The notes below the pieces were generated by a model. That model was not told where the DNA came from. It searched no databases and saw only the letters and a program-made list of their open reading frames with translations. A program made the position numbers and the translations under genes. A DNA stretch of 64,000 nt, from assembly GCA_025453395.1 (NCBI GenBank), contig JALOQK010000001.1:166313-230312 (forward strand), written 5' to 3'. This DNA is from Candidatus Omnitrophota bacterium. GTDB taxonomy: Bacteria; Omnitrophota; Gorgyraeia; Gygaellales; Profunditerraquicolaceae. Shown here piece after piece: positions 7,837-15,605 of this stretch (position 1 is its first letter; every line of letters starts with the position of its first letter).

Positions 7837-8583
7837 CTATCCAAACTTGCCGCTTATATAATCATTAGTCCTTTGATCATGCGGAGTAGTAAACATTTTC
7901 TCTGTTTTATCCAATTCAACCAATTCTCCATTTAAGAAAAACGCGGTCTTGTCTCCCACACGCGCGGCTTGTTTTACATTGTTAGTCACCAAAATTATGG
8001 TGTATTTTTCTTTTAGCTTTAACATCGCCTCTTCTACCTTAGCTGTAGAAATTGGGTCCAAGCCAGAACAAGGCTCATCAAAAAGAATGACTTCCGGAGA
8101 AACCGCCAATGTGCGCGCGATACATAAGCGCTGTTGTTGCCCGCCGGATAATTTAAATGCTGACTCATTCAAGCGATCCTTAACCTCATCCCAAATATAA
8201 GCTTTCTTCAAGGAATCCTGAACAATCCCCTCCAGGCTTTCATGTTTATTAATCCCGTTCATTCTTGCTCCATAGGCAACATTGTCAAAAATAGATAGCG
8301 GTAACGGCAAAGGCATGGCAAAAACCATCCCGATCTTTCTTCGTATTTCTTCCGCGGACAAGGAGGATAAATCCAAACTATTATATTGCACACTCCCAGT
8401 CATCTTAAAGCCCACCTGAAGATGATTAAGTTTATTTAGCATGCGCAAAAATGTAGTCTTCCCGCTATTAGCTGGCCCGATGATAGTTAATATCTCGCGC
8501 GCATTTACGTCAATAGTCAAATCACGTAAAACATGAGATTGGCCAAACCAAATATTAAGCTTCTTGACGGAAATACTTACCAT
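7837..8583 (-). CDS. pstB: Second phosphate ABC transporter ATPase (degenerate Q-loop and H-loop)
   Basis: GPANSGKT, LSGGQQQ and DEPCSGLDP; VFAMP replaces VFQ and VTNN replaces VTHN. Confidence 0.92.
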   Translation of the reverse strand: MVSISVKKLNIWFGQSHVLRDLTIDVNAREILTIIGPANSGKTTFLRMLNKLNHLQVGFKMTGSVQYNSLDLSSLSAEEIRRKIGMVFAMPLPLPLSIFDNVAYGARMNGINKHESLEGIVQDSLKKAYIWDEVKDRLNESAFKLSGGQQQRLCIARTLAVSPEVILFDEPCSGLDPISTAKVEEAMLKLKEKYTIILVTNNVKQAARVGDKTAFFLNGELVELDKTEKMFTTPHDQRTNDYISGKFG

Positions 8584-9428
8584 TTCTTTCTCTTTCTGAA
8601 TTTAGAGCGGATAATAATCGCAATCAAGTTCATAAAAAGCACCATTACCAAAAGTACCAACGCTGTTCCATAGCGGATCTTTTCATCAACATTGGGGACT
8701 TGAGTTGAAATAACATACAAATGATACGGCAAAGCCATGGCTTGGCTAAATAAAGAATCGGGTAATCTGGGAAGATAAAACGCAGCCACCGTAAAAAGAA
8801 TGGGCGCTGTCTCACCAGCGGCTCTTCCTACACCCAAAATTGTCCCAGTAATAATTCCAGGGATGGCATTGGGTAAAACAATATTCCGGATCGTCTGCCA
8901 CCTTGTTGCTCCTAATGACCAGCTTACCTCGCGAAAAGAATACGGAACACTCTCCAAGGCCTCGCGGCTGGTTGTAATAATAATCGGCAAAATCATAATT
9001 CCTAAGGTCAAAGACCCGGATAAAATAGAAACTCCGAATTTCAAGAAAACAACAAATAACGCCAATCCGAAAAGCCCATAAACTACCGACGGAACACCTG
9101 CTAGATTGACAATCGCAAGCCTTATAAAACGCGTTAACAAATTATCCTTTGAATACTCACTCAAATATATTGCCGCCAAAAGCCCGATAGGCAAAGCAAA
9201 AATAATCGCCCCTGATACTAAATACAATGTCCCGATTATCGCCGGGAATATTCCGCCAGCGCGCATACCCTGCCGAGGTATATCAGTTAAAAATTGCCAA
9301 GTAACCCCTGCGATACCCTTTTGGATAATAATAAACACGATCATCCCTACCGGCACAACAATTAATAACGTGGCCAAGAAAAGAAAAAAGAAGGCGATTT
9401 TTTGTGTTCTATGAACAGATTTTCTCAT
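8577..9428 (-). CDS. pstA: Phosphate ABC permease PstA
   Basis: LAGVPSVVYGLFG and RAAGETAP motifs. Confidence 0.95.
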   Translation of the reverse strand: MRKSVHRTQKIAFFFLFLATLLIVVPVGMIVFIIIQKGIAGVTWQFLTDIPRQGMRAGGIFPAIIGTLYLVSGAIIFALPIGLLAAIYLSEYSKDNLLTRFIRLAIVNLAGVPSVVYGLFGLALFVVFLKFGVSILSGSLTLGIMILPIIITTSREALESVPYSFREVSWSLGATRWQTIRNIVLPNAIPGIITGTILGVGRAAGETAPILFTVAAFYLPRLPDSLFSQAMALPYHLYVISTQVPNVDEKIRYGTALVLLVMVLFMNLIAIIIRSKFRKRKKW

Positions 9429-10291
9429 TTTTCTCTATGCAAAAATAGGTCAGCGGTTATATTAATAGCAAAACTTATAATAAATAAAACAATGCCGATG
9501 GCAAAAAGCGCAAAGTAATGGTCGCTTCCTACTACTGTCTCGCCCATTTCCGCGGCAACTGTAGCTGTAAGGGTGCGCACCGGCTGTAAAATCGTATGCG
9601 GAATAACCGCGGAATTTCCCGTAATCATCATTACCGCCATAGTTTCTCCGATTACTCTTCCTAACCCCAGCATCACCGCAGCTAAAATCCCGGGGCGCGC
9701 CGCAGGAAGGATCACCCTCCAAATCGTCTGCCAATGCGTAGCCCCTAAAGCAAAGGCGCCCTCTTTATAGCTCTTGGGCACAGAATAAAGCGCATCCTCA
9801 GCAATAGAAACTATTGTCGGGGTAGCCATAAAAGCTAACATGATTGACCCGGAAAGAGCAGTTAGGCCAGTAGGTATGTGAAAAATTTGTTTTACCCACG
9901 GCACTAAAGTTACCATCCCGATAAACCCTAAAACAACACTGGGTATTGCTGCCAAAAGTTCTATGCCGGATTTTAAAACTTCTTTAATCTTTGACGGCGC
10001 TACCTCTGCGATATACACTGCGCAGGCAACCCCAATGGGTATGGAAATAACCGCCGCGCCAAAAGTAACAAGAAGCGACCCCATGATAAGCGGCAATATC
10101 CCTAAACTGGGAGGCTCGGATATGGGATACCAGCTTTTTCCGAATAGAAAGGCAAACGGGGAGTAACCTTTAAAAAGAGCCAAGCCCTCTTTTAAAAGAA
10201 ATAGAAAAATAAGTACTACAAAAACTATGGAAGCTAATCCGCAAATAAGGATTAGTTTCTCAATGACGAACTCTTTAATGGTACGGAACAT
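9425..10291 (-). CDS. pstC: Phosphate ABC permease PstC
   Basis: ELLAAIPSVVLG and RVIGETMAV motifs. Confidence 0.95.
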   Translation of the reverse strand: MFRTIKEFVIEKLILICGLASIVFVVLIFLFLLKEGLALFKGYSPFAFLFGKSWYPISEPPSLGILPLIMGSLLVTFGAAVISIPIGVACAVYIAEVAPSKIKEVLKSGIELLAAIPSVVLGFIGMVTLVPWVKQIFHIPTGLTALSGSIMLAFMATPTIVSIAEDALYSVPKSYKEGAFALGATHWQTIWRVILPAARPGILAAVMLGLGRVIGETMAVMMITGNSAVIPHTILQPVRTLTATVAAEMGETVVGSDHYFALFAIGIVLFIISFAINITADLFLHREK

Positions 10292-10301
10292 AAAAAACCT
10301 T

Positions 10302-10336
10302 TCAGCTGTCAGCTATCAGCTATCAGCTTTCAGCTA
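10302..10336. repeat. Tandem heptamer (TCAGCTN)x5
   Basis: TCAGCTG TCAGCTA TCAGCTA TCAGCTT TCAGCTA. Confidence 0.9.
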
Positions 10337-10360
10337 AATACATAAAACTAGAAATCGCAA

Positions 10361-10432
10361 CCCGACCCCCCTACCCTAAACCCGCAACTCACCCCCACCC
10401 CAGACCCATAACCCGCGCCCCACTACTCACCC
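10361..10432 (-). repeat. G-tract-rich spacer (ten runs of 3 or more G on the transcribed strand)
   Basis: C-runs on the plus strand between the pstS stop and pstC. Confidence 0.75.
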
Positions 10433-10433
10433 T

Positions 10434-11303
10434 TTACTTTTTGATTGGCACAAAGTCTGTTTCTAAAACAATCTTCTGGCCTTCGGCAGACAAAATAAAA
10501 TCAATAAACTTTTTTACCTCTTCTTTGGGCTGGCCATTGGTATATAAAAATAAGGGCCTAGAAATAGGATAGGCGCCTTTTACCACATTGTCTATTGTAG
10601 GCTCAACGTAAGCAGATTTCTCATCCTTTGCCACAGAAACAGCCTTTTGCTTGGAAGAAATATAGCCCATCCCATAATAACCGATACAGCCGGAGTTATT
10701 TGCTACCTCATCGGCAATAGCCTGCGAAGAAGAAAGCATCAGGGCTTCTGGAGCAAATTCTGATTTATCGTTAGGGTCATTGTTCCTTAAAACATGCTCC
10801 TTTAAATATACATGCGTGCCGGAATTTACCTCACGCGAAAGAATAACGATCTTGGAATCGCTTCCTCCTAATTCTTTCCAGTTCTTGACCCTGCCGGTGA
10901 AAATATCAGCCAGTTGTTTCATGGTTAACCGGCCTACCGGGTTAGAAGGATTTACCACTATTGCCAAGCCGTCAAGGGCGGCCTTTATCTGATTGGGCTC
11001 TACGCCTTTTTGCCGGGCAAGCTGAATTTCTTTTTGTTTGATTTCTCTGGAGCTGGCGGCAATATCACAGCTTGAATTAATTAAGCTTGCGATACCAGTC
11101 CCCGAACCGCCCCCCGTAACCGCGATAAATTCATTGGGATTAGTTTCCATGTATTTCTCCGCCCAACTTTGGGCAAGATTAACCATAGTGTCTGAACCTT
11201 TGATCTGGATAGATTGCTGTTTGCCAAAGACAAACGATAGAACAAAACAAGATAAAACTAAAAACACTCCCAAGCTCACCCTCACCCTATCCCCATAACT
11301 CAT
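10434..11303 (-). CDS. pstS: Phosphate ABC substrate-binding protein
   Basis: KGSDT, GGGSGTG, SREVNSGT and YPISRPLFLY motifs; signal peptide. Confidence 0.95.
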   Translation of the reverse strand: MSYGDRVRVSLGVFLVLSCFVLSFVFGKQQSIQIKGSDTMVNLAQSWAEKYMETNPNEFIAVTGGGSGTGIASLINSSCDIAASSREIKQKEIQLARQKGVEPNQIKAALDGLAIVVNPSNPVGRLTMKQLADIFTGRVKNWKELGGSDSKIVILSREVNSGTHVYLKEHVLRNNDPNDKSEFAPEALMLSSSQAIADEVANNSGCIGYYGMGYISSKQKAVSVAKDEKSAYVEPTIDNVVKGAYPISRPLFLYTNGQPKEEVKKFIDFILSAEGQKIVLETDFVPIKK

Positions 11304-11343
11304 GCCTCACCTCTCATTCTTTAATTTATAATTCTACCTTTAA

Positions 11344-12012
11344 CTAACGTGCCTTAATCGCTAATAATTTAATCAGATCTGCCGCATCTTCTATTTTATC
11401 AGTTACTCCTTCAAGGTATTCCGCCAACTGATAACAAAGCAATAAACTGACCGGATCCAAATCAACGCTTATGATGGATTCTATTAAAAGTTTCTTCTGG
11501 TCATCTGCTGCGTGTTCCAAGCGGTCCACTTCCTCACAATCCTGCAGGGCCTTCTTAAGGTCGTTCTTGGTCAGGCTGTCAATGCCGTCTTTAAACTTAG
11601 TAATAGAATCTAAAATAAGTTTTGTCCCGGCGGAAATATTGTCCAGGATATCTTTGGGAAGCTTTTTCTGGATAAAACCTAAAAGCCGCGCGGCGCCGTT
11701 TGTCCAGTCCGCGATTTTATCCAGCGTCTTGACAAAATGCATCAAGTCTTCTCTGTCTGGAGGCAATAAAAGCCCTTCGGAAAGCTCTTTGACCATCTTG
11801 GACCTTAGGATATCCGCCTGATGCTCGCTTTCCGCTACTTTTTCTATGGCCGACTTCTTCACTTCCGCGTCCTGGCGGATAAAGGCAGCAACGGCTTCGG
11901 AAAAATAGGTAACAGTTTTATAGGTTTCCTGGACGTGTTTCTGGGCGTCAATAAGGATAGACTGCTCTTCAGCCATGCCCAGCCACCCAAGGATATTTCT
12001 GGTTTCTTTCAT
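11344..12012 (-). CDS. DUF47/TIGR00153 phosphate transport regulator (PhoU-like)
   Basis: EHQAD, DREDL, EHAADD and DKIEDAAD motifs; adjacent to PiT. Start 12012 has an AGGAGG RBS. Confidence 0.88.
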   Translation of the reverse strand: MKETRNILGWLGMAEEQSILIDAQKHVQETYKTVTYFSEAVAAFIRQDAEVKKSAIEKVAESEHQADILRSKMVKELSEGLLLPPDREDLMHFVKTLDKIADWTNGAARLLGFIQKKLPKDILDNISAGTKLILDSITKFKDGIDSLTKNDLKKALQDCEEVDRLEHAADDQKKLLIESIISVDLDPVSLLLCYQLAEYLEGVTDKIEDAADLIKLLAIKAR

Positions 12013-12025
12013 TGTGAACCTCCTT

Positions 12026-13006
12026 CTAGATTTTGACAAAATTAATTATTATTTTCAAAATGATAAAACTCATTACCCCGGAAACAAAAGGTGTTGCCAG
12101 CCAGCAGAAAATTATATCTTTAATGATCCTAAAATTAAGCACCCTTATTCCTTTTACCAGGCCCACTCCAAAAATCGCCCCCACAATGGAGTGGCTGGTA
12201 GAAACAGGAATACCAAAAATTGTATAGATATGCACATTAATAGCGCTTGCTAACTGGGCGGAAAAAGCCATTAGCGGCAATAGCCGGGTAATTTCACTTC
12301 CAATAGTTTCAATGACCTTATAACCCCAGGTCACAATGCCTAAAATTATGGCGACACCCCCAATGACCACACTTACCCCGGGAGTTAAAATCCCGCTTCC
12401 GGCAATAACTCCGGTTGCGTTTGCCACATCATTAGCCCCCCAGGTAAAAGCCACATAACAGCCTCCCATAGTAACAAGGGCCGACATCACCGGCTTCACA
12501 AACCTTCTGGGGACTATCCGGTAGAAGATATTTTTAAACACGCTATAGAAAATATACCCCAATACTACAGCCCCCAAAGGGGTAAATACCCAACAAACAA
12601 AGATATCCTGCAATGCTTTCCATTTTATGGGAGCACCAACCGCTAATCCCGCCCCGGCAACCGCCCCGACGATAGAATGGCTTGTGGAAATAGGCATCTT
12701 CCAGTAAGTAGCAAGCGCCACCCAGCAACAGGCCGCAAAACAGGCCACAAGCGCTATGTATAAGGAAATATTCTTGGGCAATTGATCCAAAGGGACGATC
12801 CCTCGCCCAATGGTTTTCACAACCGCTGAACCCTGCAGAAGAGCGCCTAAAAAGCCGAATATACAAATTAAAATTATTGCCTGGCGAAGCGATAAAACAC
12901 GAGAGCCGACTGCCACGCCTAAAGAATTGGCTGCGTCATTAGCCCCGATAGACCAGCCAACCGCTAGCCCCATAAGAATGGTAAAACCGATAAGAAGTAT
13001 GTTCAT
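12026..13006 (-). CDS. Inorganic phosphate transporter, PiT family
   Basis: GANDAAN and GANDVAN signatures; P(I/V)STSH twice. Confidence 0.95.
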   Translation of the reverse strand: MNILLIGFTILMGLAVGWSIGANDAANSLGVAVGSRVLSLRQAIILICIFGFLGALLQGSAVVKTIGRGIVPLDQLPKNISLYIALVACFAACCWVALATYWKMPISTSHSIVGAVAGAGLAVGAPIKWKALQDIFVCWVFTPLGAVVLGYIFYSVFKNIFYRIVPRRFVKPVMSALVTMGGCYVAFTWGANDVANATGVIAGSGILTPGVSVVIGGVAIILGIVTWGYKVIETIGSEITRLLPLMAFSAQLASAINVHIYTIFGIPVSTSHSIVGAIFGVGLVKGIRVLNFRIIKDIIFCWLATPFVSGVMSFIILKIIINFVKI

Positions 13007-13009
13007 GAT

Positions 13010-13690
13010 TTATTTTGCTTCTTTTTCACCAGCGCATGACTTAACGCAGACTCCGCATATATATTGATCCACCAATCTTTGTTTCTGGAACTGTTTTAAC
13101 TTCTCAAAACATTTCATATGGTCAAAATCTTCTTTTTTCTCTTTAATTGCCTGCGCGGGGCATATTTTCAGGCAAGAAAAGCATTTCCCGCAGGATTCAC
13201 CAGAGGGCTTATCGGCCTTAAGCGGCATATCAGTAAGAATAGTAATAAGGCGCATTTGGCTGCCATATTTCTTATTCACCAAAAGATTATTTCTGCCTAT
13301 CCAGCCTATCCCCGCAAGGGCCGCTATTTTCTTATGCGATAAATGCGCGGACTGCTTTTGCCAATCCACTATCTGGGAGGCGGGAATGCTTAAAGCGCGG
13401 AAACCTTTTTTCTGAATATGCCTGGCAACACGCAAAGATAGCTGATCCAAAAACATATTCACGCTTCGGTAATGATGAAAATAAAGCCGCGTGGGAGCAT
13501 CCTCTATATCTTCAAGAACAGCGCTTGATAAACACACCCCCAAAGATATAGCAAACTTTAACTTTTCTTTGATTTTATTAGACAGAATTAACTCTTCTTT
13601 AAGATGGCCTATATCGCAAACCCCAAAAACATCCGCGCCTGAATCAAGAGAGAATTTCTTAAGCGAAAGGTAAGCTTTAGCCTTATCCAT
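13010..13690 (-). CDS. Epoxyqueuosine-reductase/reductive-dehalogenase-like 4Fe-4S protein
   Basis: SHKKIAALAGIGWIGRNNL, CGKCFSCLKICP and CGVCVKSC motifs. Confidence 0.75.
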   Translation of the reverse strand: MDKAKAYLSLKKFSLDSGADVFGVCDIGHLKEELILSNKIKEKLKFAISLGVCLSSAVLEDIEDAPTRLYFHHYRSVNMFLDQLSLRVARHIQKKGFRALSIPASQIVDWQKQSAHLSHKKIAALAGIGWIGRNNLLVNKKYGSQMRLITILTDMPLKADKPSGESCGKCFSCLKICPAQAIKEKKEDFDHMKCFEKLKQFQKQRLVDQYICGVCVKSCAGEKEAK

Positions 13691-15596
13691 GATTTTTCTT
13701 CAGGTGAACCATTAAAATAGAGATTGCAACCGGAGTAACCCCGGAAATACGCGAGGCATGCCCTAAATTCAAAGGCTTCAAATTAATAAGCTTCTCTTTT
13801 ATCTCACGCGAAAGCCCGTTAATTGCTTTATAATTTATTTCTTCCGGAATACGGATTTTTTCAAGGTGCTTGAAACGTTGCACCTGCGCAAGCTGCCGCT
13901 TAATAAAACCGCTATATTTTACCTCAATTTCCACTTCCCGCAAAGCAAAATCGGGAATTTCTGATATCTGCGGGGCAAAACTGCCCAAATCCTTAATCCC
14001 CACTTCCGGGCGCTTCAGGATATCTTCCAAAGACGTTGTTTTTTGCAAGCTTCTGGTGCCTAAACTTTCCAATATTTTGTTTATTTTATCTGCCGGCTTA
14101 ACGCGATGACGATTCAATAAATTTATCCCGCTTATTACAGCCTTCTCTTTGGCTTGTGTTTTATTATACTCTTTTTTGCTAACCAAACCCAAATCAAACC
14201 CATGTTTCCTAAGGCGCAAGTCCGCGTTATCCTCGCGGATAATAAGGCGGTATTCCACGCGCGAGGTAAACATCCGGTATGGCTCCTGGGTGCCCTTGAC
14301 CACCAAATCATCAATCAAAACCCCGATGTAACTGGTGCTTCTATCCAAAATAAACCTTTCTCTTTTTTGACAAGACAAACCGGCATTGATCCCGGCAATT
14401 AACCCAAGACTGGCAGCCTCTTCATAACCGGTAGTGCCGTTGATCTGCCCGGCTAAAAAAAGATTTTTAATGCGTTTGGTTTCAAGCGTAGGAAAAAGCT
14501 GTGTTGGAGAAACCACATCGTGCTCAATGCCATAGCCAAAACGCAATACCTTCGCCTCCTCTAAACCCTCTATCGCATGCAAAAACTTAAGCTGCACATC
14601 TTCAGGAAGGCTGGTAGATAAGCCATTAGGATAAATTTCATTGCCTGCTCTTGCTTGCGGCTCTAAAAATATCTGATGCCTGGCGCGCTCGGGAAAACGC
14701 ACGATCTTATCCTCTATTGACGGGCAATAACGCACGCCGGTAGATTTAATAATGCCGGCGTAAAGAGGAGAACGGTTAAGATTATCGGCAATAATTTTAT
14801 GCGCCTTTTGATTGGTATGGGTAATATGGCAGGCAAGCTGTTTTAGATTTATTTTAGAACTGGAAAATGAAAATGGGGCAGGCGGATTATCGCCTTCCTG
14901 GATGATGGTGCGGGAAAAATCTATTGTGTTTTTATCCAAACGCGGGCAAGTCCCGGTCTTAAAACGCAAAATATCAAATCCCAGGGCCTTAAGGTTGTTT
15001 GATAAATCTATTGCCGCCGGCTCATTGATCCTTCCGGCAGAATGATGCTCTAGGCCAATATGCACTATGCCATTTAAAAATGTGCCCGCAGCGATAACTA
15101 CGCAGGATGAATATAATTCTTCCTTGTCAGTTGTTTTAACCCCGCAAACCTTATCCGCTTGAATAATAAGAGAGGAAACTTGCGCTTCTTTTATTGCCAG
15201 GTTCTTCTGCTCTGATAAAAGCTTGCGCATATATTCATTATACGCGTACATGTCTATCTGGGCGCGGGATGACTGCGCTGCCGGGCCCTTTGAAGAATTC
15301 AATATTCTAAATTGTATCGCGCAAAAATCAGCAGCCTTTCCCATCACCCCGCCAAGCGCGTCTATTTCTTTTACAAGCTGGCCCTTGCCTACTCCTCCGA
15401 TAGCCGGGTTACAACTCATCAAGCCTATGTCCTTGGCGCTTAAAGTAATAATTAAAGTCTGGCATCCCATGCGCGCGCAGGCTATGCTCGCTTCAATGCC
15501 GGCGTGGCCGGCGCCGACGACAATCACATCAAAAAAACATGGGGACGGTTCTGTTTTCTTAAAAACAGAACCGTCCCCTTTATTTTTTTCCTTCAT
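13683..15596 (-). CDS. mnmG: tRNA uridine-5-carboxymethylaminomethyl(34) synthesis enzyme MnmG
   Basis: VVGAGHAG, MSCNPAIGG, RYCPSIEDK and AGQINGTTGYEEAA motifs. Confidence 0.97.
   Translation of the reverse strand: MKEKNKGDGSVFKKTEPSPCFFDVIVVGAGHAGIEASIACARMGCQTLIITLSAKDIGLMSCNPAIGGVGKGQLVKEIDALGGVMGKAADFCAIQFRILNSSKGPAAQSSRAQIDMYAYNEYMRKLLSEQKNLAIKEAQVSSLIIQADKVCGVKTTDKEELYSSCVVIAAGTFLNGIVHIGLEHHSAGRINEPAAIDLSNNLKALGFDILRFKTGTCPRLDKNTIDFSRTIIQEGDNPPAPFSFSSSKINLKQLACHITHTNQKAHKIIADNLNRSPLYAGIIKSTGVRYCPSIEDKIVRFPERARHQIFLEPQARAGNEIYPNGLSTSLPEDVQLKFLHAIEGLEEAKVLRFGYGIEHDVVSPTQLFPTLETKRIKNLFLAGQINGTTGYEEAASLGLIAGINAGLSCQKRERFILDRSTSYIGVLIDDLVVKGTQEPYRMFTSRVEYRLIIREDNADLRLRKHGFDLGLVSKKEYNKTQAKEKAVISGINLLNRHRVKPADKINKILESLGTRSLQKTTSLEDILKRPEVGIKDLGSFAPQISEIPDFALREVEIEVKYSGFIKRQLAQVQRFKHLEKIRIPEEINYKAINGLSREIKEKLINLKPLNLGHASRISGVTPVAISILMVHLKKNHG
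15541..15578. repeat. REP-like palindrome family B in mnmG 5' end
   Basis: GGGGACGGTTCTGTTTT-ctta-AAAACAGAACCGTCCCC (17-bp perfect arms). Confidence 0.9.
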
Positions 15597-15605
15597 TTCA
15601 AAAAC

